A stretch of 64,000 nt of DNA from positions 1 through 64,000 of the forward strand of contig LVLI01000415.1 in the NCBI GenBank assembly GCA_001687465.1, given 5' to 3'. Shown here in pieces: positions 1 to 12,169 of this stretch (position 1 is its first letter; the number at the start of each line of letters is the position of its first letter). The notes beneath the pieces are model-generated. The model was not told the origin of the DNA and did no database searches. It saw only the letters and a list, made by a program, of their open reading frames with translations. Made by a program: the position numbers and the translations under genes. Source of the stretch: Halocafeteria seosinensis (lineage: Eukaryota).

Positions 1-1338
1 ATATAGTCCACTAATACGTTATTTATAGCGCTACAAAAGTCTGCCGGCTCTGCACACAGCCGGGGAGTTGACCACATCCTCTTAACGAGGGGCGGTATGC
101 GCCCGTGTTAAGCAGCGACGGGCCCGCTGTTCCTGCAGCCTTGCTGACATGCACCGTGCGGGAACAACACTGGTTTTGCTCAGGCGCCTCGTCTGCGCCA
201 ACGATGTCAGAGTTACCGTCAAGGCTGAGTCTGGGAGGAGAAGGCCCTGAGCGACGCCAGGACCGGTTGCAGCAGCGCATTTAGGATTAAGTGTTGGTCC
301 GGACTCCAGACGCAACAGTTGTGGCCAATGCCAAGCCCCCATCTGGAGTTCCGTCCACCTCAGTTTCGAATATAGCCCAGATTGTAGTACATTTCCTTCT
401 CGAGGTCAAAGAATGTGCGGCTACCCAGGTCCTTCTGAAGCCACGAAACCGGTTCCCACGTCCGTGCTGGCTCTGAGTAGCTCTTCCAGTGGCCGAGGAT
501 CCGCTTGTCGTGGAGCCACTGTGGAGCCTGAAGTCGATAAACCTCTCGACATCATCTACCGTGTGCGTAGCTCTAGGCGGCCAGTCTAAGCAAGAGAAAC
601 CATTTCCCATTGGGTTGGAGCAGGTCACTTGGCCATCCCGATAACTATCCGCAGATTACAGTAGTTGATTTGCGACGAGGGCGCCATCAACTTTGCCCTT
701 AACTTTCCTCACAATACAGTAATGGCAGCCAAAACCACCTCACTCATTACCAAACCATACTACTTTGTTTGGCCATTCGTCAATTTATCTACATTGCTAT
801 CGTTTATCGTGAGAGCCAACAGTGTCCTGCTTGTTGTCGACAGCGTGTGACACGAGGTCCTTAGCATCGAAATCTCCAATAATTCTGGCATCCTTCCCGC
901 AGCTGCGCATTGGAACAGTCCACTACACTGTACTCATCAGCCCGTCACACATGTACCATCAAAGGTATGTCACAGCAGCAGAGTGGACCTTCGAAGAACC
1001 AGCTCCAATCTAAAGCAATACGAATAGTCCGGCATGCTGCCTTGTCAAAGGGCCTCGTATACGATGCCGATTGAAGCTATACATCATCACTCAAAGTTCA
1101 CAAGCTCAGAGGTATACCTTTTAAGGTAAGTATTCACCAAGTTTGCTTCGATTGTCAGGAGCACCCAGTCTAGATATTTACACAGTTACAACAGCAATGC
1201 TTGTTGATTGGTTTCGTTGTTTGCTTATTGTGTTGTACCCTCTTAACACTTCAGTGCCGGGGAAGTCCATCATCGGCCGTTTATGGAACAGATCCGGGAG
1301 TTTGGCTAAGCGCACAGTGTCCCAAACGCAGAGCCATC

Positions 1339-4137
1339 ATGATGCAGCGAGATGCAGGTGATTCTATCCCACAAGCTCTGTTCAAAAATGCTCGCCAAAA
1401 TGGGAACTTAAAGCTGGCGAACCGAGAGATCACACGTCTTCCGCCAAGTGCCTGGAAACTACACCAAGAAGTACGTTGCGCCCGACGCTGTAGAGAGACA
1501 AGAGCTTGGTGAGTTTCCAGGCTCACTCATTTCGTTGATCTCTCCTTATGAACACACAGGTGACGGAAAATGAACGTTGGTGGGACAATGTTGATCTCAG
1601 AGGAATCGACCTGACGAACAACAAATTGGAATTCGTACCGGAGGAAACATGTGATCCGGAACAGGAATCAGCGTGGATGTCTGTGGAATCCATTCGGCTA
1701 TCCAACAACAAGCTACGATCCTTGCCTGAAGGAATTGGAAATCTGGAGTTCCTTGTCAGCTTATATGTCGACAAGTATGTTCCTTCGTGTTGTATCTGTT
1801 CGTTCGTGTGACCAAGATCTTTTTTGAATTGAAACGGCAGAAACCATTTGCAAAGCGTACCGTTCTCTTTGACTGCTTGTCATTCACTACGAACGCTAGA
1901 TCTCTCTGAGAATTCTCTCACGTCCGTCCCCGAAGAACTTTGCCGTACGTCATGCCGAATACAAAGTGCGGTGTTTTGACACTAACACCACCGATCCTGT
2001 TTGCCTTGCAGAGCTGAGAAACCTTGAAAACTTATACTTAAACAGAAACAGACTGGAAAGATTGCCAGAAGATATAGGGTCCTTATCGAACCTGTTAGAA
2101 CTCAAAATTTCGGAAAACCGCCTGGTCGAACTCCCTCGAGGAATTGGCAATCTTGACAAAATCAAAACACTTGATATCCATGATAATCGTATATCGGAGC
2201 TGCCACAATCCGTTTCAATGCTGCACAATGTAGAGACACTGGACGCGCGACGGAACAGGTTACACTCGATTCCTGTGTTGCCACAAACTCATAGTCTCCA
2301 TTCGATCTTCTTGGGAGAAAATCGGCTTCAAGGTATAAGCTCAGAAAATCTCAAGCAATGTCCCAACCTCTCCATCGTCGATCTTTCGGATAATAGGATC
2401 AAAGAACTAGACACAGGTTTTGGGAAATTGTTCGGTTTGGTGACACTGGACTTGCGTAACAACGATTTATCTAGTCTTCCCTATACTCTCGGCTTCGTTC
2501 ATTCTCTGAATAAAATAGCTTTGGATGGAAATCCACTGCGAACTATACGACGAAGTGTATGGAGCGCTGGTGCGGAAGAACTGAAAAAGTACTTACGGTC
2601 ACGCGCCCCAGAGGATCTGGCCCACCAGCTAGAGGAAGAGGCAGCCGCGGCCTCTGCGGAACTTCGGAAGGCTGGTCAGATTGCCAAACGAGCCGGAAAC
2701 CATGCTGGGTCGAATTTGGGCCCAAGGGGATATATTGGCCAGTCGAGGGGGATATATCGTAACCAAGACGGTGGCGCATTTGATTTTGTCGAGGATGTCC
2801 GCTCAGCCAAATCTACGGGAGGCTTAGACTTGCATAATCGAAAACTGAAGCATATCCCCACAGAGCTGTGGTCCGAACTGTCCGATGCTTTCAAGGCGAA
2901 TGAGGATATTGCGCCTAACGCATTCTTTGATAGGTTTGAGTCGCAGGGGGCCGAGAAACAAGCCGAGGGGAATCGGCTTCAAACAATTGATCTCAGTGGA
3001 AACTTGCTCACTTCGAGTTCGTCGTTGCCGGAAGGTCCACTTGCCGTGTTTCAGGATGTGACGAGATGCCTCCTTAGTCGGAACCGCTTTGCGACGATCC
3101 CAGACCCAGTGCTGCAAATGGAAAATCTCCGTGAACTTGATCTTAGTCACAATGACTTAACGAATGATGCTGTGGAGAAAGCTTTATCAGTGGCGGTGGA
3201 TATGGAACCATCCATATTAAAGACCCTGCGGTATCTGGACCTAAGCCATAACCGACTAGAGCGTGTACCCAAAGGGCTCGAGCAGTTTATGAGTTTGAAT
3301 GGTGTAAACCTGTCGAACAATCGGGTCAAAGAAGATCAAACTGCTGAAGACGCACTATCTGTTCTGACTTTGCGGTCCATTGATTTATCGTGCAACCGCT
3401 TAGAGAATGTCCCGCGAGCTGTGCTAATTCTCCCTCGTTTAGAGGAACTTCATTTAGATAATAATAATTTGAAAGCGATCCCTCCCCAGCTGGGCGCAAT
3501 AGCTAGTCTACATACTCTAGGAATCCAGGGAAACGCTCAAAAAGCAATCCCGCAACACACTGTCTTAAGCGGTACTCAGGCTGTGCTGAAGTCGCTCTCC
3601 CGACGTATCGATCCTGAAGAAAGACGACAAATTCAGCAGACGCGTGAGCACTGTGAAAATCAACTACGCGAGGTAGAAGAATACGAAAGATCAGTGCTTG
3701 AGGAAGAGAGGAAGCGACAGGCCGATCTAGAGTACGAGCGAAGCATAGCCCCAAAAATTGGATCCGGCAGACGGGAAGCCGAATCCTCGGTGGACAGTAA
3801 CTCGCGTCCCCCACCATCGCATTCTGAAGGTAATCCTCCTGTCGAAAATATCGAAAGTAGATACTATGCGCATCATAATGAAGGGAGTAAGCCTAGTGGA
3901 CACCCTATCCGTCAGCCGTTCGACGAGAGAGGTACTAATTCCAGCGCATCACAGGCCCCGCCATCCAGATATACTGCGCAAGACTTAGAGCAACTTCGAT
4001 CCGACATGCAAGAACTAGAAATGAAACTAGAGAAAGGGGGAATGACTTCCCGTCGGGAGCAACAGTTGAAACGGGATCTAACGCGACGGCGAGCCCAGTT
4101 GGTGCAGGCGCAAAACCAAGTAGGTTTAGGCCCTTAA
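1339..4137 (+). CDS. LRRC40: Leucine-rich repeat protein, LRRC40 homolog (spliced, about 4 exons)
   Basis: The N-terminus SIPQALFKNARQNGNLKL...ERWWDNVDLRGIDLTNNKL and the mid-protein LSSLPYTLG...LDGNPLRTIRR...ELKKYLRS match LRRC40 hallmarks. Many LxxLxLxxN repeats are present, with GT-AG introns near 1471, 1775 and 1945. Confidence 0.85.
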
Positions 4138-4532
4138 ACTTTAGGGTAAATGCAGTCGGAATTGAAAATAATATTACCTTGTAACGAAGAATCTGAGGCT
4201 TGATGAATCCGTAGTTTTCAGAAACGTTCCAATTGCTGCTTCGCGGCAGAAGTGGGTGTTGTTGCACAGTTTAAAAACTTGCATTTTTCTCGCTTCCCTC
4301 GTCTGCCGCTAAATTCGACTGAATCCTTCCGTTACGTCGTAGTTCTAGCTTGGATTCCTGCAGCTTGAACCTGTAACTTCAAGCTGACGCGACTCGAAGT
4401 GGAAGGAACTGAGTTGCTCATTCATCCAAAGTATCGTGAGTAAGAAACCGCAGTACATTATTATCAGGAATGCTTATTCGATGAATCTTCTACATTGACA
4501 CGTTAGATATTGCTAAGCGCCCCTGAACGAGC

Positions 4533-5081
4533 ATGGGGAGAGTATACGTGGAGAGGCTCCCCGAGGGTCAAGTGTACTCATGCAACTCATGTGGGGCTCA
4601 TATCACGCGCAATAAGGATGTTTTATGCAAGGTATGCCCGCTAACATCCGGAACGCTCACTATACAATGGACATACTTAATGATCTATCCGATACAGTCA
4701 TTCCACGGGCGATTTGGACGTGCCTATCTGGTCAATCAAGCGTAAGGAACCTTGAAGAAGCTTGTATGTTCAACTTGCACCGTTATATTGACTGTATGCA
4801 GTGTTAATGTCACTCTAGGGACAAAGGATGAAAGGATGTTGATGACCGGATTGCACACTGTATGCGATGTCTTCTGTACACGATGCCATAACCCTGTAGG
4901 GTGGACTTATCTACACGCCTTTGAAGAATCACAGAAATACAAAGAAGGCAAATTTACTGGTGCGTATAGACTATCGAAACAAATACTGCTTGACGAGTTC
5001 ATTTCTTGATATCTGTACTTTGTCTTGTGTATGTTTCATGCAGTGGAGAAAATGAAACTGGTAAAGGATGGATGGAAATGA
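4533..5081 (+). CDS. YPEL: Yippee-like zinc-binding protein (4 exons)
   Basis: Spliced sequence [25 protein letters not shown]..|[43 protein letters not shown] has two CxxC pairs and the Yippee signature. Confidence 0.93.
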
Positions 5082-5506
5082 AGAGTTTAGCTTCCATGCA
5101 TTTTACACGATGTGAATATATCAAGCACTGGTATACAAAATGATATTTAACATCACCCTCTCTAATATACATGCTTAAAAACAAAAAATCATAAAGAATG
5201 TAATAGAACCAAATACGAAAAGTAACCAAGTTGTAGCCCTTTGCATTTGAATTGCAGGCTGATGATGCGCTCATCACAGTGACACGTTGCACTTTGTACA
5301 CCGCCATATGCACGCTATGCACAAGACCTACCAATGCCGAATTGATATTTCCCGATAGTATCCCATACCAGGGGTCATGGGTTTTATGTACGCCTAGTTA
5401 CTTACATTTGTAGCGTTTATTTTACCCTTGGAAAGCAGCGCTCGGTGCTGTGGCCGTGAGCAGAGAGGCTCCTATATACTACCGGGAAGATAACCATCAG
5501 CACAGG

Positions 5507-8500
5507 ATGGTACTTCCTAATAGGCTAACTTTGTTTCTCTTTGCTTGCTTACTGGTGGTGGCGGGGCAATCTCCATTGGTATCAGGGGCCCGTCGTGGAG
5601 GAGCTGCTGTCATGAAGCAGGTGTCGTACTTACAAAAGCAACATGAAGAGGATGTGGCCGAGATTAAACGCCTGAAAGAAAATCTAGAAAAGACAGCGCC
5701 GGAATTGGCTAGAGAACAGAGAATGAAGGCAGAAATAGAAGCGCAAAATCTGGAAGCGCAAAAAGAAGCCGCTGCAGCCAACGCTACAGCGGCAGAAAAA
5801 TACCTGCAAAGCTCGAAAGAACTAGCTCGAAAAGCCGAAGCTGATGCTCAAGCAGCTGCCCTGAAGGCTGAAGAGGCCATTGCAAACCGCGAGGCTGCCG
5901 ATTTGGCACTTCGAGAGGCAGCCATTCAGGAACGTGTTAAACAGCTAGACCTAGAATTACACCAAGAGAAAACGCTGAAAAGCGAACACGAAGTGAATGC
6001 CACACGGCAACGCTTCCGAGAACTAGAAATACAACGGGATACTCTAACAAAGATGCATGAAGCTGCGGTGGCAAATGCCACGCTGGCCGAGAAGAAAGCA
6101 CAGCAGGCTATGGCAGAAGCTCAGAAGGCTCGTGATGAGCTCGATGCTCAGAGGGAGATTTCGAAAAAAGCAGAATTCGAGAAACGTGCAAGCGAGATGA
6201 ATGCAACAGCAAGAGCAAAAGAAGTGGAATATGTAAGTCCCTCAACGGGTGTATGACGAATGTAAGATATCACGTCCTTAAACAAATTCCGCAGCTAAAA
6301 GAGGAACAACGCACCCTCGAACTGAGAATGAAAACCGCCGAGGAGGAAAAGGCACAATTTTTAGTATGTTTGCATCAACGTTGCGGAATCTGAAGTAATT
6401 GAGTTCACTCTGTGTTCATGTGTAACACAGGAAATGCTTGAGAGTGCCAGAAATGCTCTCGAGGAAGGAGAAACGGAGGTTCGGCGGCTAACTAGTACGA
6501 GAGAGAGAGAGCTGGTGGAGACCGCTGAGTTGGCTAAACAAGGAGAAAGGGATGCTAATCAAAAGCTGGATGCGCTGAAGGATTCAATGAGTACTATGCG
6601 AGAAGAAATGCATAATGCTTCCGCCCGAGCGCTTTCTAGAGAGCGAGAGGAATACTTCAGCCATGAAATCAATCGGACCATGCACCATACACGCCAACTT
6701 GAAGCGGCAGTCGAGTCCGCAAAAGCACAATTACAAACAGCAGAAGAACGACGCCGCTCTTTGGAGATTTCTTTGCAACAAAAGCAGGAAGAAACTAGGG
6801 CAGCTGAGATCGATGCAGCAAAGAAAAAAAGCGAAGCCGAAGCCAATAAAGCCGAAGCAGAAAGGTTGAAATATCTAGAAGCCATCGCTAAACACGAAGC
6901 CGCTGCAAGCAGCAAATGGGAGAGGGAAGCAAATATTCGATTGGAAGAAGTCAAATCCCGAGAAAATGCTCTGCTAGTGCAGCTACAGGATTCTATTCAG
7001 CGGAAAGAGCAAACAGAGTTGTTTTTGAAGAAAGCCGAGGAAGAAGCAGCGACTGCACGAGACCAAATGATAACCGAGTCTCGTAAGGCAGAGGCCTCAA
7101 AAGCCGAGTTAGAAATTGCAAAGGAAAATGCAACCGTGCAGCGTTTGGCGGCTACTAAAGCAGAAGCCGAATTACAGCAGGCTGCCCTGCAAAACTCCAC
7201 GGCCATGGCTGACGTCCTCGTTTGGCAAGAGAAACGTTTACTTGCGGAGATTGATAAATCAAAAGTAGAAAGTGAGAAACAGCACATGCAGGACGAACTG
7301 GAGTCATTACAGCTTACATTTCAAATAGAAATCGAAAAAAGCAAGAAAGCAATGGAGGAAAGAAGGCAGGCTCAAGCCTTGGCGCATAACAGTAATCTCC
7401 AATTGGAAACTGAAGCGGAAAGACGAGCAACCGCGGAAGCAGAGCAGCACACTAAAGAAGCAGAAAAATACGTAGTGGAACGAAGTATAGAGTTAGAGAG
7501 ACTAAAGGTCAACCAATCCAGAGAAATTGAAGACTACCGAACGGAGCAAGCACGCATTTTGGCTGCAGAAGAAGCAGAGAGGCGTAAAAAGCAGCAGGAG
7601 GAGGAGAACCAAGCCTACATAGAGCGCGAGGAGCGTTTAATAAAGAAGCGAGAGGACAGCTCCCTTCGCCAGGAAGAACAGCGCCGGGAAACAGAAAGAG
7701 AGCTGTCGAAGCTGAACTACGATAAGGAAATTGAGCAGGCTAAGATACGGGCACAAATTGACGCAGAACATCGTATCAAACAGGAACGGGAGAACGAGGA
7801 CGTCATCCTCCGACAAAAAGCAGCGGAGGGCGAGGCTAATACAAAGCGTTGGATCGCTGGTATTCAAACTACATTCCAAAGTATCGGCGAGGGTTTTCAG
7901 GCTATGCTTGGAAAACATTTGCTGCGAACAATCTTAGGAATAGCTGCCTTCGTTTTGGCAGGGATGGTAGCAAAAGAAATGGCGAATGCTATTGGAGCAG
8001 AATTTAGACGAGTTATGGGCCAGCCAACACTCGTAAGAGAAAGCTCCAGACCGGTGGGAATTGTGGAATCCATTAAGTGGACATTGCTAAGCGTTGTTCG
8101 TTTCTTCAGAACCCCTTCTATAACCGACGGCTTCAATGATGTCGTGTTGGAACCGCGTATGGCTCAAGCGGTTCGTTCAATGTCCGTGTCGACGAGAAAT
8201 GCAAAGCGAAATCACGCACCGCTTCGCCACTTCATGTTCTACGGACCTCCTGGAACTGGGAAGACCATGGTTGCTCAGCGGCTCGCGAGGAATTGCGGGC
8301 TAGACTACGCAATAATGAGTGGGGGGGACGTTGCTCCGTTGGGAGCAAACGCAGTTGCAGAGATCCACAAACTATTTGAATGGGCAAAACGGAGTAAACG
8401 AGGCTTGTTATTGTTTATCGATGAAGCGGATGCGTTCTTGGGTACACGTACCCGAGCGGGTGTATCGGAGCACATGAGGAACGTTTTATCGGCCTTGCTA

Positions 8501-9205
8501 TACCAGACAGGTACTCAAAGCGAGTCATACATGATGGTGCTAGCCACAAACCGTCCTGAAGACCTAGATTCCGCTATTACGGACCGTGTGGATCAGGCTC
8601 TCCATTTCGAGCTTCCAAACGAGGCCTGCCGCCGAGCCATGATTGCCCAGTATTTCGAGAAATATATCATCTCCCGTTGCACTGTATCGCCGATGGCGAC
8701 AAAGCTTGCGAAGGCAATTGCCGGAGTATTGGCAACCAACGGAGTCCATTCTTTTCAAACTGCTGCCAGCAAATGCAAAAGTGAGCAACTGCAACTTCTG
8801 CCGGGTACCCACCTGAAGACGGAAAATGGCATCCTGCGTTCCATTGGATGCTCCAGAGAGGGTCCACCGGGTATTACGTTGGAAAGTGTGCTCACAGAGC
8901 AAGAACTTGAGAAGGCTGTAGCACGAACGAAAGGATTCAGCGGACGGCAACTTAGCAAGCTTATGCTCAATTATCAGGGTGCTGTTTACTCCACCGAGGA
9001 GTGCATCGCGTCATTGAAGTCATTCAAAATTGTAGTTGAGGACGAAGAAGCGAAACTTCGAGACATGCTTCTTGCTGAGAAAATACATGGATATGGTCAC
9101 GGCTTGATGAACGCAAAAGACGTGCACTTGGAGAACGCGAACGGCATCCTTAAAAACTCCGACCATGAAGGGAGTGATGGTACGGCCGCCGTAACTAACC
9201 AATGA
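5507..9205 (+). CDS. ATAD3: ATAD3-family AAA+ ATPase with N-terminal signal-peptide-like segment and extended coiled coil (exons about 5507-6232, 6295-6363, 6431-9205)
   Basis: ATAD3 motifs ERENED, GQPTLVRESSR, FYGPPGTGKTM (Walker A), GLDYAIMSGGDVAPLG, LLLFIDEADAFL (Walker B), LATNRPEDLDSAITDRVD and GFSGRQLSKL. Both introns are GT-AG and keep the frame. Confidence 0.88.
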
Positions 9206-9223
9206 GCACGAAACGAGTTGCTC

Positions 9224-9993
9224 TCACTTATACCCTTGCTGCCGCGTCGAATTAGGAAGCAAATTGCCTCCCTTGTCCATATTGTCTATACCGGAGAGGT
9301 CACTCATCCTGTCCTCGCTTGCATACGTCTTCTCATCCCCTTCCAGTGGCAAACCTGAAGAGGAGTCATACACTTGTACAAAGCAATAGTTTTCTTGCGA
9401 TTGCCGAAGCACGCATTCTTACTGCTAAATGAGAGGCTCCATATCCCACCGAGCCGTGCGAAGACTCTGCATCCTCCGACTAGCATGACAAGCTGTGAAA
9501 CACAAGAATACATGAATTTTCATTCGCGTTCCACATGTGTTCTTGTGTATACGAGCTCGTACTTTAGCAAGAATGACACAACCAAACGCTAGCATCGACA
9601 CCACCAGTAGGGCACTTCTGTGATGCTTGTGCCGGTTAGACATTTCCACGATAGTTGCTGCAGCACATACATATGCATACACGTGCAATTTCAGACGGCT
9701 CCTTGACCTCAGCAGCTAGTATGCGTACCTATATCGACACCAAAGCTTCCAATTAGCCCAATCAGAGTGATAACTGCACGCACGAAACCCGATCCTTGTA
9801 GCTCTGAAGAAAAATGTGTAGAGACAAGTCACGTACAAAATTGCATGCCATTCTTTGTCGCGTTGGCAATGAGGCCTAAGACGGCTAACGGGGCATTATA
9901 CGCGGGGGCGTCAATGTATATATGAGCCAGGAGGGACAGTAGAATAACACAATAGCAGCCTCCATTGAATCGGCTCCCCGACGCGCCTTCCAT
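9224..9993 (-). CDS. Small multi-pass membrane protein, AGTRAP-like (4 exons, not seen as a single ORF)
   Basis: Manual splicing gives MEGASGS..ILLSLLAHIYIDAPAYNAPLAVLGLIANATKNGMQF|FITLIGLIGSFGVDI|ATIVE..LLVVSMLAFGCVILAK|LVMLVGGCRVFARLGG..|..QQGYK*. The xxDI and K...RxGG pattern resembles AGTRAP. Confidence 0.5.
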
Positions 9994-10163
9994 CGGGATT
10001 GTGTGTGCAATAGAGAGACCACCGTCTGACCACGCAAAGAATATCGTGCTGTTACTAATAACACTGAATCCAATCACAATTTAATACACACATATTTGTG
10101 CGTATGCTTGGTTTTACTTCCAAACAATTCTGATTCCGCATAACTAACTACAGTACTACAGTG

Positions 10164-10164
<1 letters not shown>

Positions 10165-10198
<34 letters not shown>
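10165..10198. repeat. (CA)17 microsatellite
   Basis: Read directly from the sequence. Confidence 0.98.
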
Positions 10199-10200
<2 letters not shown>

Positions 10201-11760
10201 AAGCAACAAAAAAAGTACAGTTGTGGGAGGAATATACAGGGAGACCTATACCTCCGGTGAAATGAAATCAAGGCTGGTGGCTCTGATCGATGAAATCGGT
10301 GAGATGGGTCCCGTGGGTATGATTACACTGTATGATGAAATGGGGGACTATGCTGTGCATTTTTGCGACAACCAGCGGGTCAACTTATGGCCAAGTATTG
10401 CTCCTACCTATACCGGAAGACGTGTCTGCTACAGGTTACGCTACGCGTGTGAGGGGTGAACCCTACTCGGAACCGGTCCAACGTCTTCACATTGTGTGTG
10501 GCGCATCAACGTGACTGACAGTTTGGCCGTCATCAGCTTGCGGAAGTTCCGCATCTCTCTTGTTTCCCATCGGGAGCCCGGTACTTTCCTGGCAATTCTT
10601 TTGAGGAGCTTGATTGCGTCTTCCCCAAAGCCGCCGGTCGCCTCTATCTCGAACGGGATCTTTTCCATGTGGTGCCCGTATTTTGTCCACTTCATCTTCT
10701 CCGCTTCTGCCGCCATGGTGAGGGGTCTTCCCGCTGTCCTGGCTAGTCTGTCTCCCGTGAGCGAGTCTGGCACTGTCATATCAACGTACAGTGTGCTCGT
10801 TGGGCCCTTTTCTACCGGCCTCGCCTCTCCTTCGTTGCGTTTCGCGGATCTACGAGCACCTCTACCTCCACTGGCATTTGACTCATGCAGATGTGGTTCT
10901 CCAGTTCCACTGTTATCCCGTCATGAGGGCGGATCCTTTGCGTGGAGTTCCCTTCTTTGCCGCACACCAGTGCGTGTTGCTGCAGCTTGTCGATCGGTCC
11001 TTCTCCACAGCAGTCGCCGGATGACCCCGTAAACAACTTAGTTTGCAGGAACCCTAGGCGTAGGCGCAGTGCTACCATGTACTCGGCGTCGGTTAGTGTA
11101 AATCCTTTCGTTGATGCTGCTTATAGCCATGCTACTGCTCCGTCCACTTGGCATGCTGTCAGTAATGCTTTCTGCTGTGGGTTCAGCGTACCTTTCAGAG
11201 TCCGTGTAGCTACTCTCTGCAACATCTTGCCCAGGTGTTTTTGTAGCTTCGGTTTGCTCCAGTAGCCTTCGTAGTTCGCATCCGGGAGTTCGATCGTTTC
11301 CTGTAGCGCGTTCTAACTCTCCGCGAGCCATGGCGGCGGCTTCCTGCGATGAGGCGCGAGCGGGTCCTGCTCGTCTCAAGCCACTTGTTGGATCGTTTTT
11401 GACGCGTTGATCGCCCCGGCGATATGCGATACTTCTACTGCGTGGTCTGGGATGACTATCCCCAGTCCTCCTGTCTTCGAAGTCAGTTTGGCTCGTGTAA
11501 CGGTGTGGGCGGGGAGCTGGTTGCGCTACGCCGTATGCTGTGCCACCGTGGAAGTTCGGTGGAACGTGCAGAAGGGGTAGCATGCAGTCGGTGGCCCAAG
11601 GCTCGCACGATAGTGGTAGAAATGAGTTACACCAGCGGTGAAGGGAACAGGTTGATGGCTCTCTTTGGCAGCAGCATAAAGATCGAACCGGCAGACAGGG
11701 ACGGAAGAGGTGTCTGTGTTCTCCGGGTGCGCAATAACTGTACCCTCACTGCTACGCAAA
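10199..11760 (-). mobile_element. Degenerate, 5'-truncated non-LTR retrotransposon with a restriction-like endonuclease (CRE/R2-group)
   Basis: Minus-strand frame with stops reads AKLTSKTGGLGI (RT thumb), then GAVAWL*A..FTLTDAEYMVALRLRLG, CCGEGPIDKLQQHALVC...RPHD (CCHC knuckle), LYVDMTV..AEAEKMKWTKY..PFEIEATGGFGEDA (RLE). The 5' boundary is approximate. Confidence 0.85.
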
Positions 11761-12169
11761 CAAAGAGTGCACCGCCTGCCATCACGACAATGACAGTTCT
11801 ATAGTGCATGCTTTGGGACGGATTCCGTGCAGAAAGAATGCGTCCGCCCATCGGAAAGCCCCCGTTCCACGCACTTCCACGTGTCTCTTCAAGCGCGGCT
11901 TTTCCGTCGTCCCGCCTGCTGCTACGTGGAACTTCCGTTCCACCGTGGAAGCCGAAATAATAAGTGGGTTGACCAGTAGTGGGCAATCTGTGTCACTTGA
12001 CGAACCCGCAATCACTAAAGGAGGACTGTCGACAAACAAACAGGAGAAGTCGTTATGTAAAGCGACCAAATGTGCAAGACAACATAGTTGCGAACTTGTG
12101 GGCAGAAGAAGGCCGTCTTTCCTGTTTCCGCAGCTGATTTTCAGTCAGGTCTAGAGACAAACAGAAGAT

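Noticed and set aside
287..628. Minus-strand ORF with a faint chromodomain-like pattern (DVERFIDFR..RFRGFRRTWVAAHSL)
   Set aside because: The spacing is wrong, the start is non-ATG and no neighbouring integrase or RT motifs are visible.
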